In this document: positions 54,190-64,000 of the stretch, in pieces
Layout: each line of letters opens with the position of its first letter
Numbering within the stretch: position 1 is the stretch's first letter
Assembly (NCBI GenBank): GCA_010909165.1
Contig: MU008169.1
Span: 1,860,001-1,924,000 of the forward strand
DNA from: Anthoceros angustus
Taxonomy: Eukaryota; Plantae; Anthocerotophyta
Direction of reading: 5' to 3'
Length of the DNA stretch: 64,000 nt
The notes under the pieces: generated by a model
Databases searched by the model: none
What the model was told of the DNA's origin: nothing
Seen by the model: the letters and a program-made list of their open reading frames with translations, nothing else
Program-made: the position numbers and the translations under genes

Positions 54190-55370
54190 GATGATTTATT
54201 GAGGTGAAAGAACGATGGAAAGAGACCATCTAGGAAGGGACAACAAATGGGGACCCGGGGGTCGGAGTGAAGAGGAGCAACAGCTCCCTACCTAAAGTGA
54301 CCAACTGCACCCACAATGTCATATGCGAGGTAGAATAAACGGCCCGCAAACCACGGAGGAAGAGGAAAGGCATCACCCACCGCCGCCGCCTTATGGAGAA
54401 TCGCTGAGAGCGCCTCATCAAGAGCAATAGAAACCCGTCGGAAGTATGCCGTGAAGTACGAGAGGGACACGACTATGCTCACATGGTAAGCTTTGGCACA
54501 AGACTTGATGAATTTGTCAAAGTCCATAGCCATTGCCCCATACGCTTTAGAGCAAGCGGATAAAGAGGTGGCCCGCTTGCATCCTCGCTATACTTGCGGA
54601 CCTTGAGAGTCCAGACGGCACCACCGGGTTGGTGATGACTGAGCGGAGGTGGCGCCACGCGTGGTCGAACCACTACATCCGCCACCACAACCTCGTCGCC
54701 ACGGACAAGGTATAAGTCCGCCCGATTGAACGACTGAAGAAGAGTATACTCCCGCTCCCTCCAGCCATATAGCCACTTTCGCGAGCAATGGCAAACATGA
54801 CGCCACGGATGGCGCCATGAGTGGCAATGCGCGATTCTGGGGACAACGAGCAAGGTGGACACGGAGGCGTCAAGCGAGCCGCACTCACAAGTGAGGGCGA
54901 AGAAGCCACAGGAGTAGGCCGAGACGGAATCGCATCGCAGAGTGAAGGTGGTTGGTGCGATGTGAAATCCCGTATGCATGGGCGGGCCAATAGCCAAGCA
55001 CTGCCCCTTCCTGAACAAGAGCGGCCGCGCTCTAGTGGACACAGAGATGGAGGGGTCCCGGAGGATGATCAAAAGCTCGGCCGAGCCGCTCGAGCAGATG
55101 CCGCAATCCCTAAAGCCATCGATGATAAATGTAGAGAAAGGAGGGAAGTCCTTCCGAGCATCTGCTGATAACATGTCTCTGGCCTGCCTCAAGGACGATT
55201 GGAGAGAGAAGGTTCTCTCCTCCACACTTGATACGAGATCCTCGAGAAAGGGCTTGTCATGGAGGATGAAACGGGAAGCCAAGGCAGGGGCAGAGAGGGC
55301 CCAACTCTCCAAGAAAGCCGCCGGGGAAGAGACCTCTGATGAGAGCAGTCCTACACCGTTGTACATAGGT
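54190..55370 (-). mobile_element. 5'-truncated CRE-like (RLE) non-LTR retrotransposon
   Basis: GVGLLS...FLESW, CECG..D, (H)GAIRGV...IARESGY, RADLY...VADVVV, LKVRKY, ...GAMAMDF, RRVSIAL; AATAAA near 54195; many indels. Confidence 0.8.
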
Positions 55371-55528
55371 AAGGACATTCCTACATCATGTTATTTAAAA
55401 ATTAAAAATTACCTACCTATTCATAAATGAGTTATTTCTAATAATTTATTTCAGCGAGGGTGCAGCGTGTGTGCACATGGTACGCACACGAGACGCTCTG
55501 GAATTCGCAGCTCGAAGCCAGGGGATCG

Positions 55529-56884
55529 ATGGCTGTCGCCTGGCCGCTGCGTGGCCACGAGCCTTGCATGTTGGCGGAGGTGCACATTCCCAGTCCTGGA
55601 AGGACAGGGCTGTGCAGGCGTGGAGGATTGGTTGTTGCAGGTACGTTACACCCGATGCTTTGCTCGCGGGATGGCTGGAGCTGGTTTGTGAAGGAGCGGA
55701 AGTTGGTGTTGGCTTGGTGCTGATTTCGGAGGTGTGTGGAGCAGCGGCAAAGGATGGCAAGGCGAAGGAAAGCGAGGTCCGGAGAAGCGTTGCTCGAGCA
55801 GCTGTGAGTCGGGGTGTGTAATTCTGGAATTTGAAGGAGGAGGGGTTTGATTGCGCGCACAGCGGTTCATGGATGTGATGTTGCCGTGGCTGCAGAGAGC
55901 GCTCCCGATCCGGCTTATAACCGTGGGGAAGCACCGGGACTCTGCGGTGGAGCATGTGGTGCTGGATTTTGGAGAGAAAATCCGGCGCTACTGCAGCTTC
56001 GAAGAGGTTCAGATCCGGTCTAACCCTAAGAATACAAGGCAAGGCTTGGACATGCACAGCACATCGGCTGGCTGTTGGAATGTTGGAGCTCTACTGTGCT
56101 TAATTCCGGTGGCGGGAAGATGTGCAGTGACATAGAGACGCAGATCAGCTCTGAAGGTGAGCAGGTTCTCCGAGCCATCTCCAATAAAGACTGGGTATGT
56201 GAGCCAGCCAGGGAGCCTGCCTGCCGTCCCGCCAGCTAGCTGCATTTGCTCACGGATCTGGCTTGGCTTCAGCTTGTAGTGCTAGATGAGAGGGGGAAGG
56301 ACATGACATCCGAGCAGCTTGCTACATCCATTGCGGATGCGGGTGACAGGGTGAGTCTTTTCTTGCAGTCTTTGTGTTCACCCTAGTTTCCCTTGCCACC
56401 TTTGTGCTTTACCCTAATATCCCTTGCAATCTTTGTGCTTTCCCCTAATCTCCTTGCAATCTTTGTGCTTTCCCAAATTCTCGTCTCATTCCATGTTCTA
56501 TTGCCACGAATCTACAGGGCGCTTCGTCCATAGTGTTCTGTATAGGCGGGCCATACGGCCACGGGCCCCAGATGCACGCGCGAGCCAACCTGGTGTTGAA
56601 GCTCTCTTCCATGGTGCTCAACCACCAGGTAGCTCGAATCGTCCTGGTGGAGCAGATTTACAGGCAAGCAGCTTTCTTTCTCCTGTGTCTCGCTTTCCCT
56701 TTTGTCTCTTTTCCCTGTGTCTCTCTTTACCCCTTGTCGTCTTTCTTCTCCCTTTGTCTCTCTTTTCCCCTTGTCGTCTTTCTTTTCCCTTTGTCTTGTT
56801 CACTGCTTCAGTGCTCACCTTGCCTCTGTGGAGTGACTCCTCAGAGCGTGGACAATCCTTCGGGGAGAAAAATACCACCACTGA
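55529..56884 (+). CDS. rlmH: RlmH-like SPOUT rRNA methyltransferase (At5g10620-like), organelle-targeted; 5' exons inferred
   Basis: RALPIRLITVGK, VVLDERGKD..SEQLA, FCIGGPYGHG, LSSMVLNHQVARIVLVEQIYR, AWTILRGEKYHH*. Confidence 0.88.
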
Positions 56885-58480
56885 TCCATGATCCGTGTCC
56901 CGAAACATGCACCAGTCCTTGTTTCGTGAGCCGTGATCTGCATCAAGCGCTGCCGTGGTGGATCACCCGTCGCTCCTTCACCTTCACGGATCCACCGATG
57001 GATGAAGATGTGTGTGCATGCCGGCTCACTCACACATGCTTACTGTTCAGAGTCGAGACAAGCATCAAGGAGCTACCCGTTTGTATGTACATGTGTACAC
57101 GCCACTCGCAGCTACATATCTACCCTCCTGGTAGAAGACAACCATCTTGGCGTACACAGCAATGGAGCGCACATGGTCACGTGCGGCTCTCACCAAACCC
57201 CGGCCGTGAGGGGCGCCGCGCTTTGCGCTGTTGCGCCGTATTACGCCAGCGGCATGTGGAGCTCCGGCCGGCCCAGGCAGGATTCACGGCTAACAGAGTG
57301 GACGCAGACTGGAGCCGACACCTGGCGCAGGTAGGTGCCCATTCCCGGTCGGCCTCTGTCTGCATGTGGAACATCATTTCTGGGTGCGCCGGTTTGTCCC
57401 AGATGCACAGAAGCCTCCTTCCAGCTTTCCCCTCCCGTGACCCGTGATTTCTACTTGCGTCGCTAACCCAGAAGGCCAGTTCGAACCACGGGGTTGGACC
57501 CGCGGTGGGGCCTCAGGAAACGGGTGTGGCCCGATGTGAGCCAATTAGGGGCCGGGAAATCCCAGTCCCGGCCAATGGCCGTTTCCGAATATCGCAGTCC
57601 AGCAGTGGAGTGTGGTTCGCATCGCGTCCCGTCATGCAATGTGCGCCCTCCTTTGCCGAGATTCGCGGGTTCTGAGCGCGTCCGCTGCTGGCTTCGGCAG
57701 TCACCAGTCTGCAACTGTACCTGTGCAGGGGTCCGGTGCCGGGGCCAGCCCAGAAGGACCGCTGGCGCCGCTACTTCCAACGTCCATCTCTCTCCCCTTC
57801 CCTTCGCTGGAGAAATGTGTCCGGTGGAGTCGGCCAGCGGGTGCGCAGGCGGTCACGGGACCCTCGTTCCTGCCCGGCTTCCCCCCCTGACAGATTTTGC
57901 GCCTATCATGCAGGTTCCAGAGAAGGGCCACCCTGGTACCCGCCACGGATCCTCTTGCAGTCCAGTGAGTCTGCGTTTTCACGAGAGATGCGCCCCAGAG
58001 GGAGGGGGGATCGAACCCGCCACCTCCCCTTCCCACTTTTCACACCTTCGCGCTAAGAGCCTCGGATGTGAAACTTCGATAGTGAACATTCCGTCGGAAG
58101 CGACTTGCCAGTTACGCGGTCGTTTTCTACTTATCATGTCCGGTTCACACCGAAGGATTACCGTTTCAGGCCCGCATATGTCGATGGGCCGAGTGAAGGC
58201 ATGCCGATGTGGCACCCGTCACTTGGTCTGAACGTACCACTAAAATGGACCCGACTCGGGAAAATAAGTAGGTAAATAGAGTTTTGTGGTAATGCCCGAC
58301 GAAGGCGAGTTTGGGAAAGTTCGGCCCTAACCAACCCGCCAAGTTCCGCAAACTATATAAGCGCACCTCCATATCACCAAGTGGGACAAAAAGCGGCCAT
58401 CGGATCCCGGGCTCGCGCCCGGCCGTTCGTTCCCGTCTCTCCCTTTTCTCCCTCCCCACAACCGGGCTTCAACTTTCCGG

Positions 58481-58540
58481 ACGGCGACCGGTCAAAGCGA
58501 GCGGCGACCGGTCAAAGCGAGCAGCGACCGGTCAAAGGAA
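58481..58540. repeat. 20-bp tandem repeat x3, each containing a W-box (TTTGACC on minus)
   Basis: GCGGCGACCGGTCAAAGCGA repeated. Confidence 0.8.
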
Positions 58541-59331
58541 GCAGCGCTGAAGCAGACGCCGGCTAATTTGCCGGAAGGGCCTCCACTTGGAGGTGTAGCC
58601 ACATTGGACGGGATACTGCTACGGTACGGGGATTTTGCTTGTTCGGGGAAGGAAACGCACACGGGAGAAATGAAGAGACTGCCAGACCACCGGCCAGTCC
58701 CGTGGCCACAAATTGCGCTGCCTTGGCGGAACTAGGCGAATCGTTCTCCTCCAGCCATGCTCCACCCAGGGGAATCGGGCGGTGGCCATGGACGGCGCAA
58801 GCAGCAAAAAATCTGTGCGGCGAAAGCGTCTTCCTCCTTCCTCCGCCTCCTCCCTTTTCCAGCTCATTCCTAGCTCGCCTCTGCGGCGAGCCGCTGCTAC
58901 GCGCAGCATTTCATCAGCAGCAGCCCACGCTCCAAAAGCACGAACCCAGCCTGACAGCCGCCCTGCCTTCCCTCCCCTTGAAGAGCCAACCCGAGCCCTT
59001 CCTCCTCCCTCTTTTCACCGCTCCTCGCATTCTCCTCACCGTCTTCTTCTCTTCAACTCGTCCTCAGAGCTGAAATCTCGCATTGCGCACTTGTCTTCCT
59101 GAAGGAGCCCGGCTCCGAATTTCGCTGTTTTCAGTGCTTGGACTGTGAAGAATGTTGTTTCTGGCCTTGTTCCCGGCTGCAATCTCCTAGCCGCCTTCCT
59201 CGGAGCTGCCCCGGGATTGGTGCTTCTGGTGTTTTTTGATGTGTTTGTGTGTGTTTTTGTAGCTTTCTTCCTCTGAGAATCGTGTGTGCTTCCTTGTTTG
59301 GTCTCTGCTTGTTGACAAGCCGGTAGTAGTC

Positions 59332-61045
59332 ATGTTGCTGGTGAGGAGCTCGTCCACGCCGGTGCTAGGGTCGCTGGTTGCCTCTATCCATACATGCGAG
59401 ACGGTGAAAGAGCTGGAGCGGGAGGTGGAGCCGGCGCCGCTCTCCCGCAGCTCCAGCTGCAATGTGTCCTTTCTGTCCGCCTTGCACTCGCCCGTCAATG
59501 CGTGCATGGTAGGCGTGGCGGATGATATGTGCTCTGTCGAAGGCGGGGACTGGGACTTCGACAGGGAGGTGGTGCCTTGGCCGAGGTTCCGGAGAGCGCA
59601 GTCGGAGAGTGATCTGCAGAGTCTCGGGCGTCAGGCTGGCGGGGGTAAGACTCTGGGGTTGATTGGTAAATCCATGGCTTGCGGCGATCTTGTAGCGGAT
59701 GGTAGTCTGCAGCGGCACTGGAGTAGGCGGATGACGCTCAGGAGGACCTCGTCGTTGACGATTATGCAGTCCGACAGCTCCGAGAGCAGCCAGGGTTGTG
59801 ATTCCGACATTGGCTTGCACGGGATCAGGATGCCTCTTTCCAAGGGGATGTATGATTTGAAGGAGGAGGACACGCCCGCGAATTCTTACATGGAGTCGAG
59901 TTACCTGCAGGAACGTGAGAAATCGGGGGTGAAGGGGGAGGCTGTTGGTTTCCTGGACGATCCGCCGGTTGAGAACCTGGCGTTCATTGGCAGGCCCTTG
60001 GATCACGGGCATCCGGATTGCCTGTATAGCCATGCCGGTCCCGCGGATGATTATGTTGATGTCTACGGGAGGAATCCTGGAGCAGAAGAGGTGGCCTCGG
60101 TTTCAGGACGGGAGACTGAGGGCTTGTGTAAGGTAAATGACGAGGTCTTCACCAGCACAGCTGTCTCCGCCACTGGCTCTTTGCTGCTTTGCAACGCCAA
60201 GGGATGCCGACCCCTTCAGGAAGGGGAGGAGGCGGAGGGTCTCTTCATAGCGGGGGGTATTGGCATCGGAGGAGGAGATGGAGGTGGCGGTGGGGCCGGG
60301 TGGAGAGGCGTTGCAGGAGGGGGCGGGTCCTCGGGATGGGGTGGATTTGGTACCGAGACGGATGCCTACTACAGGAGGATGCTGGAGGTGCATCCGGGAA
60401 ACGGTCTCTTGCTCAGGAACTACGCCCGCTTTCTGCATGAGGTACAGCGCTCAGCCCTTGTCCTTTATTGTCTATGGCTTGTAGGAGTCGTGCGCTGTTA
60501 TCAGGGTTTATGGATCGTTAACAGTACCCCTCAGTGGGTGTGTGGCCCACAAGTGGTCCTGTAGCCGGCCAGCTGCATGGGCTTGCGTTTAACGTCTATC
60601 TGGTTCTGTCTTCAGGTGAAGAAAGACTCGGCTAGAGCCGAAGAATACTTTGAGCGTGCCATCCTTGCAAACCCTGGTGATGGCGAGCTTCTGGCTATGT
60701 ACGCCAAGCTGATTTGGGACAACAACAGAGACCAAGAAAGAGCAGGGAATTATTTTGATCAGGCTATCAAGGTAGCTCCTGATGACAGGTGAGTCCTTCC
60801 TTCTCTTTCACCTAAAGGGGAACTTCTAGTCACATCTGTTGAAGAGTGCTGTAGCTTAATGAGCAATGAGAGTCGGCTAAATCCTGTGACCTGTTGCACC
60901 AACCTGCAGTTACGTCCTCGCCGCCTATGCTTCTTTCTTGTGGTCATCCGAAGATGATCAGGAGGATGCAGCACCAGAAACGGGGGAACCAAGCACTCAC
61001 ATCCCAAGCATGCGGCCATATGGGTCAGCAACCACAGCATTTTGA
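59332..61045 (+). CDS. Plant TPR-like protein (MLL.RSSSTP.LGS family; exons 59332-60441, 60616-60788, 60910-61045)
   Basis: RRAQSESDL, FIAGGIGIG, YYRRMLE.HPGN.LLLRNYARFL, RAEEYFERAILANPGDGE.L..YAKLIW, YVLAAYASFLW. Confidence 0.88.
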
Positions 61046-63297
61046 AACAGATGCTGTGCCACTAACATTTCATCTTTCATGGAGGCAGAAAACCTCTCCT
61101 TGTCTAGACTTTTCTGCAACATTGGAGACCTGTACAATCATACCTAATACGTGGTAAACGTTAGTATGTGCATGGGCTGCGATCAACAAATTTTGGCGCT
61201 CTTTTGCTCGCAGCAAGCAGCAGGTATCAGTGAACATTCACATGGCCGGTGTCGGGCGGCCTTCATTGGAGCTGCGGCCTTAGGAGGAGCTGTGAGCCTG
61301 AGGGGAGGGCCTTGCAAAGGAGTCTGCAGTCCTAGATCTTCTTTGGTTTCCTTATAACTTAGATAGTATGGCTTGGCTTTTGCTCCGATTGTGGGATCAG
61401 GGGGATGTGGGTTACAGAGCACTGTAGGTAGAGAACACGTATTCGGGTGGGACACCGGAGTTGTCATCTGTAAGAATAGAAATCTGTGTCACACTACCAT
61501 TTTAAATGTAGTTCAAAGTCGCTTCCCCTTTGGAATCTAGTGTAAAGTGTTTCCTTTGTCTTTGATTCTGTTCAATCTTTATCTCGCTCGTTCGACGATC
61601 CTTTAAAAGGTTTCGAATGTGAACCTCGGCCAGCCTCTCGCTTTCCTGCCCTAACTGGGTGCCTCCTTTCCGAATGATCAACAGTGCTTGGTTTTCAGAA
61701 CCCTTGCTGAAGACTTTTCCCCGGGGTTTGTTGTGATTTAACTTCAAAATACCATATGAAAAATCAAGATTGCTAGCCGCTAACTATGTCTCCGTATAGG
61801 CTATAGAGGGTCTACCCTCTAGCCTACCATGTAGGCACTGGCCTCTTACCGGCTTGGTCAATTTTCAAACATCATCCATAATAATCCTTTTCTTGAAGGC
61901 ATGATGCAGGAGGTTAAAATACAACAACACACATACACCATACACCAACACTAGGTCTCTAAATAGTCCGCTAAATAGTTACTAACTTCAGGATTCCATA
62001 TAACTATAGAGATGATCAACTTGCTCTATAGGAAATGCAGGAGGCCCTACACAGACATGCGTCAAAAATAATACTACTGACTTCAGTAACTATTAGATAT
62101 AACTTTTATCCAACCCTATTACTCAACTACCTAGTTTCAAGAATTATGCAAGACATATTATGCATATGATTTATACAATCTATAATCTACCCTTTGTAAT
62201 CGAGGAACATTTGGAATCAGTAATGTAGCTCCCATTTAGAAAGGTGTCCCATAAGCATTTTCATAATTTAAAAAAAATAATAAATTCCTAAAATCTTATG
62301 AGAACTTTAATGTAATATTTATAACTTTTAGGATTAATAAAATTTCAAGGATATTATTTTTATTATTATAAAAATTATAAACCTTTTTCTATGATATTTT
62401 ATTTATATTTCTATGAAATGATTATTATCAGAAATTTTTAATCAAAGAGGTGTTGTGGTGTACCAAAGAGGGGATATAGAGACACTGAGCCCTTTGGAAC
62501 TATACTTGTTGAGCCTCTGGCATTGCTGGATTTGGATTGTCCCCATAAGATGCAAGGGCGGGCCAGAAAGCGGGTAACTTCTCCTTCTTAGTCTTCCGGG
62601 TAACTTCTCCTTCTTAGTCTTCCATTCCATAACCCAAATAAGTTGCCTGAGATCACAGGTGCAAGACAAGTTGGGGAGCAAAACGGAAATGCCGAGCTTC
62701 CGACTTGGACCGGGTTTCGCCTAATTGCAACAGAGACTTTCAAGTGCGGTGGCCTGGATATCACCGGCTCGCTTGTGGCTGGCCAGCATGTGCACTCCCC
62801 CGGTTATGCCTTGCAGCTTGCAAATTGGAGCTTGCTTAAATCCGGCTAGCCCCCTGGCTCTTGCTTGGCCCTTTAGCGGATTGTCCACCCTCGGTTCGGG
62901 GTAGATGGTTTTCCCAATCTCTTCTTTTTAATAAAGTCTCCATTGTTCTCTTAAATCCGGTATTTGATTGGAAGCTCTCAAGCCGTCTCCTGGCTTCCTT
63001 CCCTGTCGGTGGAGTTCTCGTTCCTGGCATTTCTGACAGTTCCGGAGGACTGGAGCACATGTGCGGGCACTGAGCTGCTCGAGTCTGAGGCTATGGCGAT
63101 GGACTATTCACCATCCTCTTCCTCCTCGAGTGCGGGCTGTAGGGTTTGCCGGACTGACATACTGCAGCTGAGGACTGCTTAATGCAGCAGGGGTCAGGGC
63201 GCTTGAAATTGTGCCAGCGGGGATGAGCATCGGAGGGGAGGGCTACTGAGGTGAAGATCGAGGAGCGTGAGAAACGGAAGCTTCATGTCACGCAGAC

Positions 63298-64000
63298 ATG
63301 GCCAAGACCATGCAGTTGAAAGTAGGTCGCACAGTTCTGAGAGTGGTGCAAACCAGGTTTCTGTCCTGCTTGATTTCGCAGGTGCTAGCCTGTGGGATGC
63401 TGATTGTTCTCGTGACTTTCATGTTTGGATGGTGGACATCTGAGAGCCCCGGATCCGGCTTCGGAGGGGATGGCTATATAGATGTGAACACCAAGGGGTT
63501 CATCAATTCCACACGGCCTACGTTTTTGGTTCAAAATGAGCGCTCCAAAGAGCTGGAAAGGCTGAATCTGCTGCCACCCCGGAACTTGGACCTGTATCCT
63601 AGGTTGAAGAAAGAGCACGTGAAGATAGTCCTGTACGTTCACAACCGGCCCCAGTATTTGAAAGTCGTGGTGGAGAGTTTGTCCAAAGTGGAGGGGATTA
63701 GCGAGACACTATTGATTGTGAGCCATGATGGCACATTTCCAGAGATGAATGCCATTGTTCATAGTATTCGCTTTTGTCAGGTAAAGCAAATTTATGCGGT
63801 GTTTTCTCCACATGTCTATCCGGACTCGTTTCCAGGAATCTCTCCAGATGACTGTCAACAGAAAGACGACGAAGTGGTGAAAAGGGGTTGCAAGGGGGAT
63901 GCCGACCAGTTCGGAAATTACAGGTCCAAGATTGTCTCGCTGAAGCACCACTGGTGGTGGATGATGAACACCGTGTGGGATGGGATGGTGGAAAATGCAG
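63298..64000 (+). CDS. MGAT2: Alpha-1,6-mannosyl-glycoprotein 2-beta-N-acetylglucosaminyltransferase (GnT-II), 3' partial
   Basis: Type II TM, then PPRNLDLYP, IVLYVHNRPQYL, LLIVSHDG, IRFCQVKQI, FPG.SP.DC, SLKHHWWWMMNTVWDG; runs off the window. Confidence 0.92.
   Translation, partial: MAKTMQLKVGRTVLRVVQTRFLSCLISQVLACGMLIVLVTFMFGWWTSESPGSGFGGDGYIDVNTKGFINSTRPTFLVQNERSKELERLNLLPPRNLDLYPRLKKEHVKIVLYVHNRPQYLKVVVESLSKVEGISETLLIVSHDGTFPEMNAIVHSIRFCQVKQIYAVFSPHVYPDSFPGISPDDCQQKDDEVVKRGCKGDADQFGNYRSKIVSLKHHWWWMMNTVWDGMVENA

Noticed and set aside
57990-58035. tRNA-like T-arm (GGGTTCGATCCC on minus)
   Set aside because: Only a B-box-like hairpin; no D-arm, anticodon arm or acceptor stem
56900-58460. 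Multiple overlapping ORFs after RlmH
   Set aside because: GC-rich UTR/intergenic sequence with no domain signatures

Overview
Gene-dense plant nuclear DNA with short introns. It is most consistent with a hornwort or similar seed-free plant, because it carries both a KP-type DYW PPR editing factor and a flagellar CFAP20DC gene (inference). Left part: a PLS-class PPR gene with an N-terminal OSB-type PDF motif and a C-terminal DYW:KP (U-to-C-type) domain, a PRP4 kinase, and an intronless bacterial-looking ORF with lysozyme-like motifs (candidate horizontal transfer). Middle part (about 16-37 kb): an AT-rich block with fragments of RLE-type (CRE-like) non-LTR retrotransposons, ZIP transporter and pectate lyase pseudogenes, a CDPK-like kinase without EF-hands, a small ABRE/DRE-preceded hydrophilic gene, and a multi-exon CFAP20DC/C3orf67 orthologue that the ORF track does not reveal. 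Right part: a U-box/ARM ligase, three tandem secreted double-headed potato-inhibitor-I genes with different P1 residues, a SPARK/RKF3-type receptor kinase, a VTT/TMEM41 gene, VPS26, a disrupted tRNA-iMet next to a CRE-like element, RlmH with two GC-AG introns, a TPR protein, and the start of GnT-II. Several 1-nt indels in repeats and homopolymers look like assembly consensus errors. All family calls come from motif recognition by eye; no searches were run.
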